The notes beneath the pieces were generated by a model that saw only the letters and a list, made by a program, of their open reading frames with translations, ran no database searches and was not told the DNA's origin. Positions 41,401-49,830 of a DNA stretch of 64,000 bases are shown in pieces (the first letter of the stretch is position 1; each line of letters opens with the position of its first letter). The position numbers and the translations under genes are program-made. Source of the DNA: Hydrurus foetidus (taxonomy: Eukaryota). The stretch covers positions 4,588,001 through 4,652,000 of the forward strand of contig UYFQ01000001.1 in assembly GCA_900617105.1 (NCBI GenBank), given 5' to 3'.

Positions 41401-41724
41401 GCGCAAGTAATGGCTGGCCGCATTCGCCATGGCGCTGGCGCTTGGGCGTGGGACGACGCGGCGCTAAGCTGGCGCGGCAACGAGGTGGAGCTGATTCACG
41501 AAGGCCAAACCTTCAGGCTAGACCGCTTGGTGCAGCGCAAAGACGCAGGGCACAACGGCCACTGGTGGGTGCTGGACTACAAGTCTGCATCTAACCCGCA
41601 GCGCCAGGCCGAGCTGGTAGAAAAGATGCAAAGCTATGTAGCAGCGTTGCGTTGCATTTACCCCGATCAAACGGTGAAAGCGGCTTTTTTGACCGCTGAT
41701 GGAAACCTGTTGCCGGCAGGCTGA
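38461..41724 (+). CDS. AddA-like UvrD helicase-nuclease
   Basis: ACAGAGKT, ITFTKKAAGEM, IDEFQDT, GDPKQSIYRFR, TIHGAKGLE, YVAITRA, C-terminal RLDRL...LDYKS. Confidence 0.9.
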   Translation: MTRAAAYTHNGESISADAFYAIACDPRRSVAVEACAGAGKTWMLVSRIVRALLDGSVQPHEILAITFTKKAAGEMRERLQEWLEKFANADDETLDQELKIRGFYAQNGVKNDLQTNKYGREQLSNLYQKVLSSGRPVQIRTFHSWFAALLRSAPLATLQQMGLPLNYELLEDDGPAKALVWRRFYASLLAAPDLKADFEAVVLAHGRFQATKALQSALDKRGEFSLADAVGVVDASVAHFTSHFPEFSALAQPEDAFQSESCRALLLAAARVLGAASAVTYAAKGVELEQAVTGNDAAKGVAALLTEKNTPRKFSEKIAGLPVVRQAQDAALRIGAAMAQHSAWHYQQRMARLSRLLLAKFAALKIERGWVDMNDVERAAQVMLSDSVLSGWVQEKLDARIRHLMIDEFQDTNPLQWQALSSWLSGYAGAGAGSNAPSVFIVGDPKQSIYRFRRAEPQVFIAAQKFVSQALGGDLLACDHTRRSSLAVVGAVNAVMGAATQLDAYEGFRPHTTAANSPGRVLRLPPIARQDKAEASASATATASVGWRDSLTTPLELPEETLRTLEARQAAAWIQDQIAGGVAPSGVMALSRKRASLLPLQAELRALHIAAQIGEKTELIDCCEVLDIVALLDVLVSPSHDLSMARALRSPLFNLSDDALVKIVLAKTSPQQSWYDVLLNTELPAPEFIGLQATLIQYKGFVDALPPHDALQAIYSAGDVLARFAQAAPEAGRAAVLSNLRALLSAALQLDGGRYATPYAFVRALKAGGLQAPAAVNPHAVRLLTIHGAKGLEADTVLLLDTDTAQRNPESMSVLIEWPGEAAAPQKFVFLVSESQPPACAQPSLAAEQAARQREELNALYVAITRAKNTLVVSSIEPHRAAPNSWWQRLHEAATQDSLQAAPAIKIDAAAGQNNTFMLPELPVFIGVQASEAIAAAEQDSLSARIGKAMHRLLEWGDLSSGAASQVAKAFALSAEQASQAQVMAGRIRHGAGAWAWDDAALSWRGNEVELIHEGQTFRLDRLVQRKDAGHNGHWWVLDYKSASNPQRQAELVEKMQSYVAALRCIYPDQTVKAAFLTADGNLLPAG
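38790..38845 (+). repeat. dispersed ~50-bp repeat, copy 5 (inside the addA-like gene)
   Basis: cctgcagactaataaatacGGGCGCGAGCAGCTATcaaatttATATC. Confidence 0.85.
40490..40545 (-). repeat. dispersed ~50-bp repeat, copy 6 (inside the addA-like gene)
   Basis: Reverse complement: tgtagcccaataaattcGGGCGCGGGCAGCTcagtatttaaTAGCA. Confidence 0.88.
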
Positions 41725-41835
41725 GCCAGGCGCTGCGGCGCTATCTGTTCGATGGGCCAGGGCAGGGCACTTGGCGTGGCAAGGTCGGTCAAATCTCAAA
41801 AAAGTGCCTGAAAACGGCCTTTTTCTGAATAATTA

Positions 41836-41886
41836 GTGCCTGTAGCCCAATAAATTCGGGCGCGAGCAGCTCATTATTTAATAGCA
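41836..41886 (+). repeat. dispersed ~50-bp repeat, copy 7 (intergenic)
   Basis: gcctgtagcccaataaattcGGGCGCGAGCAGCTcattatttaaTAGCA. Confidence 0.9.
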
Positions 41887-41902
41887 TTTAAAATGGTGTA
41901 GT

Positions 41903-43204
41903 TTGAAAGATTATTTGACCCAGCCTTCTACTAACTCTCCTGGCCAACGCACGGCAGTCATCATCGGCGGCGGGCCTGCAGGCTTGATGGCAGCCGAAGT
42001 GTTGGCAGCCAGCGGGCAAAACATTTCCGTTCAGTTGTACGACGCTATGCCCTCGGTGGGCCGTAAATTTTTGCTGGCGGGCAAAGGCGGGCTGAACCTG
42101 ACCCATGCCGAACCCGCTGAGCCATTTTTAAGCCGATATGGCGAACAGCAATTGTCGGTAGCGCCTCTGCTGGCAAGCTTTGGCGCCAGCCAGCTGCGCG
42201 ACTGGGCGCAGGCACTCGGCGTGCCCACTTTTGTCGGCAGCTCGGGTCGTGTGTTTCCGGTTGACATGAAGGCCGCGCCGCTGCTGCGGGCCTGGCTGCA
42301 TCGGCTGCGGGGCTCGGGCGTACGGTTTTTTATGCGGCATCGCTGGCTGGGCTGGGCCGATGACGGCAGCCTGGGGTTCTCAACACCCGCCGGACAAGTC
42401 AATATCGCCGCTGATGTGGTGGTGTTGGCGCTTGGCGGCGGCAGTTGGTCGCGCTTGGGGTCCGACGGCGCTTGGGTCAGCTTGCTGGCCGAGCGCGGGG
42501 TAGCGGTTGCGCCGCTGTTGCCCGCCAACTGCGGCTTTGACGTGGCTGGCTGGACGCCGCATTTTTTAAGCAAATTCGCTGGCCAGCCGCTCAAATCGGT
42601 GGCGATCAGTTTTACCGACTCGTCGGGCCGCAGCTTTGTGCGCAAGGGCGAATTTGTGGCCACCGCGACCGGTGTGGAAGGCAGTTTGATCTACGCTGCC
42701 AGCAGCTTGCTGCGGGGTGAAATTGCGCAAAACGGCAGCGCCACTTTCACGCTTGATTTATTGCCAGACAAAACGCCGGCCCAAGTGCTGGCAGCGGTAG
42801 CGCACCCGCGCGGCTCGCGTTCGCTGACCAGCCACCTGAAAAGCCGCCTGAACATTGACGGCATCAAAGCCGCGCTGCTCTACGAGCTTTTGAGCAAATA
42901 TGCGTTGAACAGCCCCGCGCTGCTGGCTACGGCCATTAAGGGACTGCCCATCACGCTGGTGGCAACCCGGCCGATTGACGAAGCCATCAGCAGCGCAGGC
43001 GGCGTGACTTTCACAGCACTGAGCGCCAGCTTGGGGCTGGCGCCGTCAGCCAAGCTGCCAATGCCCGTTTTTTGTGCGGGGGAAATGCTGGACTGGGAAG
43101 CGCCCACAGGCGGCTACTTGCTGACAGCTTGTTTTGCCAGCGGCATGGCGGCTGCGCGCGGGGCGCTCGAGGCGCTTGAAATTCAGTTAAATGGTGCTAA
43201 ATAG
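41903..43204 (+). CDS. YhiN/HI0933-like (TIGR03862-type) flavoprotein
   Basis: IIGGGPAGLMAA, GRKFLLAGKGGLNLT, AISSAGGV, GEMLDWEAPTGGYLL. Confidence 0.88.
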   Translation: MKDYLTQPSTNSPGQRTAVIIGGGPAGLMAAEVLAASGQNISVQLYDAMPSVGRKFLLAGKGGLNLTHAEPAEPFLSRYGEQQLSVAPLLASFGASQLRDWAQALGVPTFVGSSGRVFPVDMKAAPLLRAWLHRLRGSGVRFFMRHRWLGWADDGSLGFSTPAGQVNIAADVVVLALGGGSWSRLGSDGAWVSLLAERGVAVAPLLPANCGFDVAGWTPHFLSKFAGQPLKSVAISFTDSSGRSFVRKGEFVATATGVEGSLIYAASSLLRGEIAQNGSATFTLDLLPDKTPAQVLAAVAHPRGSRSLTSHLKSRLNIDGIKAALLYELLSKYALNSPALLATAIKGLPITLVATRPIDEAISSAGGVTFTALSASLGLAPSAKLPMPVFCAGEMLDWEAPTGGYLLTACFASGMAAARGALEALEIQLNGAK

Positions 43205-43214
43205 TACCGAATAA

Positions 43215-43265
43215 GGCTAACTATTGTTTAAATACGGGCGCGAGCAGCTACATATTTAATAGCTA
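43215..43265 (+). repeat. dispersed ~50-bp repeat, copy 8 (intergenic)
   Basis: ttgtttaaatacGGGCGCGAGCAGCTAcatatttaaTAGCT. Confidence 0.88.
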
Positions 43266-43416
43266 AAATCGACGCGAGGCGGGTTTTAACCGCGTTGGCG
43301 AGCGCTTTGAGCGCTGCAATCTTGTCACTGGCGTCCGCTTACAATATCTGCCATCGGGCGCTGGCCGCAGCGCCTAGGTTTTTTAATGGTTTTTTACCTA
43401 ATTTCTGGAGTTTGCC

Positions 43417-43758
43417 GTGTTTATTTCTTCTGCTTTTGCCCAAACCGCCCCTGCAGCCGCTGGCGGCAGCGACATGTTGTCTTCGCTGACCGGTATGTTG
43501 CCCTTGGTGCTGATGTTTGTGGTGCTGTATTTCGTCATGATTCGCCCGCAAATGAAAAAACAAAAAGAGCACCGCTCCATGATTGACGCGCTGGCCAAGG
43601 GCGATGAAGTCGCCACCGCTGGTGGCATGTTGGGTAAAGTCACCAAGCTGGGCGACGCGTACCTGACGCTGGAGCTGACCGAAGGCGTTGAAGTGCAATT
43701 GCAGCGCAGCGCGATTGTGCAGGTGCTGCCAAAAGGCGCAATGAGTTCTACTAAATAA
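43417..43758 (+). CDS. yajC: preprotein translocase subunit
   Basis: YFVMIRPQMKKQK, LAKGDEVATAGG. Lies upstream of secD. Confidence 0.95.
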   Translation: MFISSAFAQTAPAAAGGSDMLSSLTGMLPLVLMFVVLYFVMIRPQMKKQKEHRSMIDALAKGDEVATAGGMLGKVTKLGDAYLTLELTEGVEVQLQRSAIVQVLPKGAMSSTK

Positions 43759-43829
43759 GCCGGGCGCTCAGCTCATTTAGTCGCCCGCGCCACCCGCTCG
43801 TTAATTGGACTTATCGGAATCGCCGCCTC

Positions 43830-45728
43830 ATGAATCGTTATCCCGTTTGGAAATACGCCATCCTAGTTGTGGCGCTGGTTGTGGCGATTATTTACACGCT
43901 GCCTAACTTCTTTGGAGAGTCTCCGGCGGTGCAGGTGTCTAGCAGCCGGTCGGTCGTGAAGGTTGACAGCACGACAGTCACCCGAATTGAACAAGCACTA
44001 AAAGCCGCCAGCATCACGCCCGACGTGATTTCGCTGGAGGCAGGTTCCGTCAAGGCGCGTTTTTCGAGCACCGACACGCAGCTAAAAGCCAAAGACGTTA
44101 TTCAAAAAGCGCTGGCACCCGAGGCCGGTGATTCGCCGTATATCGTGGCGCTCAATTTGCTGTCACGCTCGCCAAAGTGGCTGACTGCTTTGAATGCCGC
44201 GCCGATGTACTTGGGACTTGATTTGCGCGGCGGCGTGCACTTTATGCTGCAGGTTGACATGCAGGCAGCGCTGACTAAAAAAGCCGAGTCGCTGGCCGGT
44301 GACTTGCGCAGCACCCTGCGCGAAAAAAACATTCGCCATTCGGGCGTCACGCGCACCGGGCAAAGCATTGAAGTTAAATTTCGCGACAGCCAAACCTCAG
44401 CTGCCGCGCTCAATTTAATCGCTGACCAGTTTCCCGATTTACAAGCGACGCAAGCGCCCGATGGCACTGAGTACCGACTGACCGCGCGGATCAAAACCGA
44501 GGCCGCCAGGCGCATTCAAGACCAGGCGCTGAAGCAAAACATCGTGACGCTGCATAACCGCATTAACGAGCTGGGTGTGGCCGAGCCTGTCATTGCCCAG
44601 CAAGGCATTGACCGCATCGTGGTGCAACTGCCCGGCGTGCAAGACACGGCAAAGGCCAAAGACATTTTGGGCCGCACCGCCACGCTGGAAATGCGTTTGG
44701 TCGATGAAAGCGCCGAAGGCCGCGCGGCTGAAAACAATACTGGGTCGGTACCGTTCGGCTCTGAACGCTTTTTAGAGCGCGACGGCCGGGCCGTGATCGT
44801 GAAAAAGCAGGTCATCATCACCGGCGAAAGCCTGACCGATGCACAGCCCGGTTTTGACTCACAAAACCAGCAGCCCAAAGTTGACCTGACGGTGGACGCC
44901 AAGGGCGGCCGCATCATGCGTGACACCAGCCGCGAAAACCTTAAAAAGCGCATGGCGATTGTGCTGTTTGAAAAGGGCAAGGGCGAAGTGCTGACCGCAC
45001 CGGTGATTCAGGGCGAGTTGGGCAATAGGTTTCAAATTTCGGGTTCAATGAGCGTTGCCGAAGCCAGTGATCTGGCGCTGCTGCTGCGCGCTGGTTCGCT
45101 GGCAGCGCCCATGGAAATCATTGAAGAGCGCACCATTGGCCCTACGCTGGGTGCTGAAAATATCGCCAAGGGTTTCCAGAGCGTGACTTATGGTTTTGCG
45201 GTCATCGTGGTTTTCATGGCCATTTATTACGCACTTTTCGGCATCATTTCTGGTGTGGCGCTGGCAGTCAATTTGCTGTTGCTGATCGCTATTTTGTCAA
45301 TGCTGCAAGCCACGCTGACGCTGCCCGGCATGGCCGCGATGGCGCTGGCGCTGGGTATGGCGATTGATTCGAACGTGCTGATTAATGAGCGGGTTCGTGA
45401 AGAGCTGCGCAATGGCGCGTCGCCGCAGGCGGCGATTCACACCGGTTACGAGCGGGCCTGGGCCACGATTTTGGACTCCAACATCACGACGCTGATTGCG
45501 GGTTTTGCGTTGCTGGCTTTTGGCTCGGGCCCGGTGCGCGGCTTTGCGGTGGTGCACTGCATCGGTATTTTGACCAGCATGTTTTCAGCTGTGTTTTTCT
45601 CACGTGGCTTGGTCAACCTTTGGTATGGCCGGCAGAAAAAACTGAAGTCAGTGTCGATTGGCACGGTGTGGCGACCAGACCCGGTGGCGGGCGCGCCCGC
45701 GTCCAAAGAAGCAGCTCTGGTGCCCTAA
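43830..45728 (+). CDS. secD: protein translocase subunit
   Basis: LGLDLRGGVHF, RINELGVAEP, LRAGSLAAP, DSNVLINER, ILDSNITT. Confidence 0.97.
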   Translation: MNRYPVWKYAILVVALVVAIIYTLPNFFGESPAVQVSSSRSVVKVDSTTVTRIEQALKAASITPDVISLEAGSVKARFSSTDTQLKAKDVIQKALAPEAGDSPYIVALNLLSRSPKWLTALNAAPMYLGLDLRGGVHFMLQVDMQAALTKKAESLAGDLRSTLREKNIRHSGVTRTGQSIEVKFRDSQTSAAALNLIADQFPDLQATQAPDGTEYRLTARIKTEAARRIQDQALKQNIVTLHNRINELGVAEPVIAQQGIDRIVVQLPGVQDTAKAKDILGRTATLEMRLVDESAEGRAAENNTGSVPFGSERFLERDGRAVIVKKQVIITGESLTDAQPGFDSQNQQPKVDLTVDAKGGRIMRDTSRENLKKRMAIVLFEKGKGEVLTAPVIQGELGNRFQISGSMSVAEASDLALLLRAGSLAAPMEIIEERTIGPTLGAENIAKGFQSVTYGFAVIVVFMAIYYALFGIISGVALAVNLLLLIAILSMLQATLTLPGMAAMALALGMAIDSNVLINERVREELRNGASPQAAIHTGYERAWATILDSNITTLIAGFALLAFGSGPVRGFAVVHCIGILTSMFSAVFFSRGLVNLWYGRQKKLKSVSIGTVWRPDPVAGAPASKEAALVP

Positions 45729-45765
45729 CGTTTCGGCCGAACAATAAGAAAACTGGATTCAAGTC

Positions 45766-46719
45766 ATGGAATTTTTCAAGATCAAAAAAGACATACCGTT
45801 CATGCGGTACGCGATTTGGTTTAACGCCGTATCGTTCATCACGTTTGCGCTGGCGGTGTTCTTTTTGTTTTCGCGCGGATTGCATCTGTCGGTTGAATTT
45901 ACCGGCGGCACCGTGATGGAGGTCAGCTATTCGCAGCCTGCTGAAGTTGAGAAAATCCGCGCCACTGTCGCGTCGCTTGGCTTTACCGACGTGCAGGTAC
46001 AAAACTTCGGTACTTCACGCGATGTGATGATCCGTCTGCCCGCGCAAAAAGGCGTCAGCACCGCCCAGCAAAGCGACAAGGTCATGGGCGCGCTCAAAGC
46101 GGGCGATCCTGCAGTTCAATTGCGGCGCACCGAATTTGTGGGGCCGTCTGTGGGTGAAGAGCTGGCGCAAGACGGTCTGAAGGCGCTGGCCATGGTGATT
46201 GTCGGCATCATGATTTACCTCGCCCTCAGGTTTGAGTGGAAGTACGCTGTGGCAGCGATCATTGCGAACTTGCACGACGTGATCATTATTCTGGGATTTT
46301 TCGCGTTTTTTCAGTGGGAGTTTTCACTGTCTGTACTAGCCGCAGTGCTGGCGGTTTTGGGTTATTCGGTCAATGAATCTGTGGTGATTTTTGACCGGAT
46401 TCGCGAAAATTTCCGTCGTTACAGGAAGATGACGACCACCGAGATCATTGACAACGCGATCACCTCCACCATCAGCCGCACCATCATTACCCACGGCTCA
46501 ACTGAGGTAATGGTGCTGTCGATGCTGTTGTTTGGCGGGCCAACGCTGTTCTACTTTGCTTTGGCTCTCACGATTGGTATTTTGTTTGGCATTTACTCTT
46601 CAGTGTTTGTGGCGGCAGCGATTGCCATGTGGCTGGGCATCAAGCGCGAAGACCTGGTCAAAATCAGCGCAAAAAAAGAAGAAGACCCAAATGACCCTAA
46701 TTCGGGCGCCACGGTGTAA
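45766..46719 (+). CDS. secF: protein translocase subunit
   Basis: VEFTGGT, VGPSVGEEL, GYSVNESVVIFDRIRE. Confidence 0.97.
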   Translation: MEFFKIKKDIPFMRYAIWFNAVSFITFALAVFFLFSRGLHLSVEFTGGTVMEVSYSQPAEVEKIRATVASLGFTDVQVQNFGTSRDVMIRLPAQKGVSTAQQSDKVMGALKAGDPAVQLRRTEFVGPSVGEELAQDGLKALAMVIVGIMIYLALRFEWKYAVAAIIANLHDVIIILGFFAFFQWEFSLSVLAAVLAVLGYSVNESVVIFDRIRENFRRYRKMTTTEIIDNAITSTISRTIITHGSTEVMVLSMLLFGGPTLFYFALALTIGILFGIYSSVFVAAAIAMWLGIKREDLVKISAKKEEDPNDPNSGATV

Positions 46720-46745
46720 GCTTAAGCGTCATCCATTTTGTTACT

Positions 46746-49268
46746 GTGCCGTCCAACTACTCTGACCACTACAAGCTAGCCCTGCAAGCGCGGAATCTGT
46801 TTACAGATCGCGCCTGCGAGGTTTTGCCCGTCATTGGCAAGGCTATTTCAGACTGTCTTACGGATCTAGTCAACAAGCCCGGCAGTGCCAGAGATATGCA
46901 ATACCACCGGGACGCTCAACTGGCGTTTCAGGCGGGGGGTGCTAGCTGGCGAACCGGCTTGCTGTCGGTGTGGCGAACACCAGATTCGACAGCCTCCAGT
47001 TCGGGATCAGCGCAATTTGGTCTTGAAACTACTCTCTTTGAGCTGGTTAATAACGACGTGATGGACGATCAAATCCTCGCGTCGAGGCTGGCCTTGCGGC
47101 TGCTGGATTTTGCTAGCTGGGAGCTCAACGATTTGCGCTTGCGCATTCAGCACCTGGAGCAAGTTGCTGAGCTGCCCAAAAAAGACATTTTGCGGCCTGA
47201 AATTCTGGCCCGTCTGGTTATTGAGCAATGGGTAGCGGCGAAGCTGCCGCGCCCAACCTGGGCGTTGGTACAAGACTTGGTGCAAACGCTGCTGGCCGAG
47301 CACTTGCTCGTGGCGTACCACGCAGCCAATGAGTTTTTGGTATTGAACGGCGTGATGGCTGAAATCGATTTGCGGCCTCTTGTCAAGCGCTCGCTGTCGT
47401 CGCCCACCGACAAAGTCGATGCGCTAAAACTGTCCGTAGCTGGTCGGCCAAATGGTTCAGGTTCAGGTTCAAGTTCAAGTTCAAGTTCAAGTTCAAGTTC
47501 AAGCAGGCAAGCCATGGGCGCGAGCGCGGGTTCCAATAACCGCGGTGGCGCATCGTACGGCGCGGGTAACGGCGCGCCGGGCGGCAGCCTGATACGGCGT
47601 GTAGGCGGAGGAAGTTTTTCAAACAGCGACTCCGGCGGCGACTCCAACAGCGATAGGGGCGCGCGCGCAAGCTATGGTGGAAATCGGCCAAGGCAAGGCG
47701 ATTCCATGGGTCATTCGCAGCAAGGTAGTCCGCAGGAAGAAACCCGGATGCAGACTGCGACCACGCCACTGGCGCGAGCCCGCATGCGTGCCCAAGGGGT
47801 GATGGGCACCCTAAAACGGTTGCTCACCAATCAGGTTGCTGGATTTCACGATACACGAGCCTCGCGACCTTCGCATCAGTTGGTTCAAGCCATGAACGGC
47901 GCCGCAAGGTCAAGTTCAAGCGGCTCCAGCCAGACGCTTCAAATGGATGCGCCTGGCCAGTTTTATGGTTCGGTTCACGTTGAGCAGGCTGCCAGTGCCA
48001 TGCGCCAGCGCACGGCTGAGCTTAAAAAAGCCGCCACCAGCTCAAGTGAAAAAGCAACTATTGAAATTGTTGCGTTGATGTTTCAGGCCATCTTGGCGGA
48101 AGATCGCATTCCTGCGGCAATTCGCGTGTGGTTTGCGCGGCTCCAAATGCCAGTGCTGCGTTTGGCGCTATCAGAGCCCGAGTTTTTTGGCTCGCTTGAG
48201 CACCCGGCTCGCCAACTGATTGACCGCATGGGGTCTTGCGTGCTCGGCTTTAACGCCGACATATCGGGCGGCGCGCTTGAAGTTGAGGTCAAGCGTGTGG
48301 TGCAAGTGATCGAGCAGTACCCTGAAACCGGCAGGCGCGTGTTTCAGCTGGTGTATGACGAGTTTCAAAAATTTCTGTCCAAGTTTTTAAGTGAAACCGG
48401 CGGCGCTGCGCGTGCTGTGTCTGTCGCGCAGCAAATGGAACAAAAAGAAACGATGGCGATTCAGTTCACCATCGAGATGCGGAACATGCTCAAAGACATT
48501 CCGGTGCGCGACGAGATTCGGGAATTTTTGTACAAAGTATGGGCCGAGGCGCTGGCTATTTCTGCCATGCGCAGTGGTCCGCAACATGAAGAAACGCTGG
48601 TGTTAAAGCGTGCCTCGGCTGACTTGGTGTGGGCCTCCAGCGCCAAGCCCAATCGTGCAGACCGTGCAAAAGTAATTGCAGATTTACCCAAACTGCTGCA
48701 ATTGTTGCGCTCTGGTATGACCATGCTGGGACTGGACGCAGCCGCTCAAGACGAGCACATCAAAATCATCAGCGACACGCTGGCAGATGCTTTTTTAAGT
48801 AAAAACAGTGCGATTGACCCAGCGCGCATTGATCTAATGGCCAAGCGCCTGGTGAATTTGGAGGACTACCTGTCTGACGAAGACATCGGCGACTTGCCGC
48901 TGGACACCGACGCGTTGGTGATGATGTTGGGCATTGATACCACCGACATAGAGGTGATTTCTGACGGTGGCAGCCAGCCAAGTGACGCCATGCGTGCCTG
49001 GGCGGGCGAGCTGCAGTTGGGTGCGTGGTTCAGCCTGGACCATAACGGTCGCGTGGCACACGTGCAGTTTGCGTGGCGCAGTGACCGCAAGCAACTTCAC
49101 CTTTTTGCTTCAAGTGAAGGTAAAAATTACTTGATTCAGGCGCGGCGACTGGCGGCGTATCTGCAGGCGGGCCTGCTGGTGCCGACAGAAGAAGAAGCAT
49201 TGACCGTTCGCGCCACCCGCGAGGCACTGGTCAAACTTGAGGCTAACCCAGAGCGGCTATTGGGCTAG
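46746..49268 (+). CDS. DUF1631-like protein with Gly/Ser-rich insertion
   Basis: ARLQMPVLRLAL...FF....HPARQLIDR helical core and a C-terminal LGAWF...LHLF domain. Family assigned from memory of the motif. Confidence 0.7.
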   Translation: MPSNYSDHYKLALQARNLFTDRACEVLPVIGKAISDCLTDLVNKPGSARDMQYHRDAQLAFQAGGASWRTGLLSVWRTPDSTASSSGSAQFGLETTLFELVNNDVMDDQILASRLALRLLDFASWELNDLRLRIQHLEQVAELPKKDILRPEILARLVIEQWVAAKLPRPTWALVQDLVQTLLAEHLLVAYHAANEFLVLNGVMAEIDLRPLVKRSLSSPTDKVDALKLSVAGRPNGSGSGSSSSSSSSSSSSRQAMGASAGSNNRGGASYGAGNGAPGGSLIRRVGGGSFSNSDSGGDSNSDRGARASYGGNRPRQGDSMGHSQQGSPQEETRMQTATTPLARARMRAQGVMGTLKRLLTNQVAGFHDTRASRPSHQLVQAMNGAARSSSSGSSQTLQMDAPGQFYGSVHVEQAASAMRQRTAELKKAATSSSEKATIEIVALMFQAILAEDRIPAAIRVWFARLQMPVLRLALSEPEFFGSLEHPARQLIDRMGSCVLGFNADISGGALEVEVKRVVQVIEQYPETGRRVFQLVYDEFQKFLSKFLSETGGAARAVSVAQQMEQKETMAIQFTIEMRNMLKDIPVRDEIREFLYKVWAEALAISAMRSGPQHEETLVLKRASADLVWASSAKPNRADRAKVIADLPKLLQLLRSGMTMLGLDAAAQDEHIKIISDTLADAFLSKNSAIDPARIDLMAKRLVNLEDYLSDEDIGDLPLDTDALVMMLGIDTTDIEVISDGGSQPSDAMRAWAGELQLGAWFSLDHNGRVAHVQFAWRSDRKQLHLFASSEGKNYLIQARRLAAYLQAGLLVPTEEEALTVRATREALVKLEANPERLLG
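47454..47501 (+). repeat. hexanucleotide microsatellite (GGTTCA)3(AGTTCA)5
   Basis: Direct reading. Encodes GSGSGS followed by poly-Ser. Confidence 0.95.
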
Positions 49269-49270
49269 GC

Positions 49271-49771
49271 TCAATGCCCAATTCGATCCGGGTCATCGCA
49301 CAGCTCGTCCAGCACCAATGCATCGGGCTCTTGCCCAAAGCTCCAATACACCATCAGCACGATGATTTTGAGATCGTCCAGCCCCAGCGGGCTGCCAGGC
49401 GATGCCATGGCACGGTCGATGACAATTTCACTCATCTGGGGCGACAGGACGCTCGATGTCTGCAGAAAGCTTAAAAACCCGAGCGCACTTGCGCCCAAAT
49501 GGTCTTGCTCAGCCGGGGAATAGGCGCGCATGCTTTTTGATGCGGGGCTGTTATGCCCAGGATCACTGGTGGTCAGTGAGTCGGATGAATGTGGCAAGTA
49601 AATTTGCGTGCTTTGTGCGGCGGTATTCAAACCATTTAGCCAGATCAGCGCTGCTTCGATTTCGTCTGATTCAAAACCGACTGCGGCCAGCTTGCGGCCA
49701 AGCAGGTGCGGCGCAGGGCAAGCGTCGCCTTGCCAGTAGTTTTCATACACATAGACCAACACTTCAAACAT
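49271..49771 (-). CDS. smg: Smg / DUF494 family protein
   Basis: MFEVLVYVYENY, GFESDEIEAALIWL, DDLKIIVLMVYW. Confidence 0.85.
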   Translation of the reverse strand: MFEVLVYVYENYWQGDACPAPHLLGRKLAAVGFESDEIEAALIWLNGLNTAAQSTQIYLPHSSDSLTTSDPGHNSPASKSMRAYSPAEQDHLGASALGFLSFLQTSSVLSPQMSEIVIDRAMASPGSPLGLDDLKIIVLMVYWSFGQEPDALVLDELCDDPDRIGH

Positions 49772-49830
49772 GCTTGCAATGTACCTCATTGCCGCCTGAA
49801 CTATCTTTGAGCTCAGCGTGCACGCGGGCG

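Noticed and set aside
35930..41724. Helicase-nuclease pair as an anti-phage defence system
   Set aside because: The motifs and position beside trxA-rho fit housekeeping AddAB-type repair.
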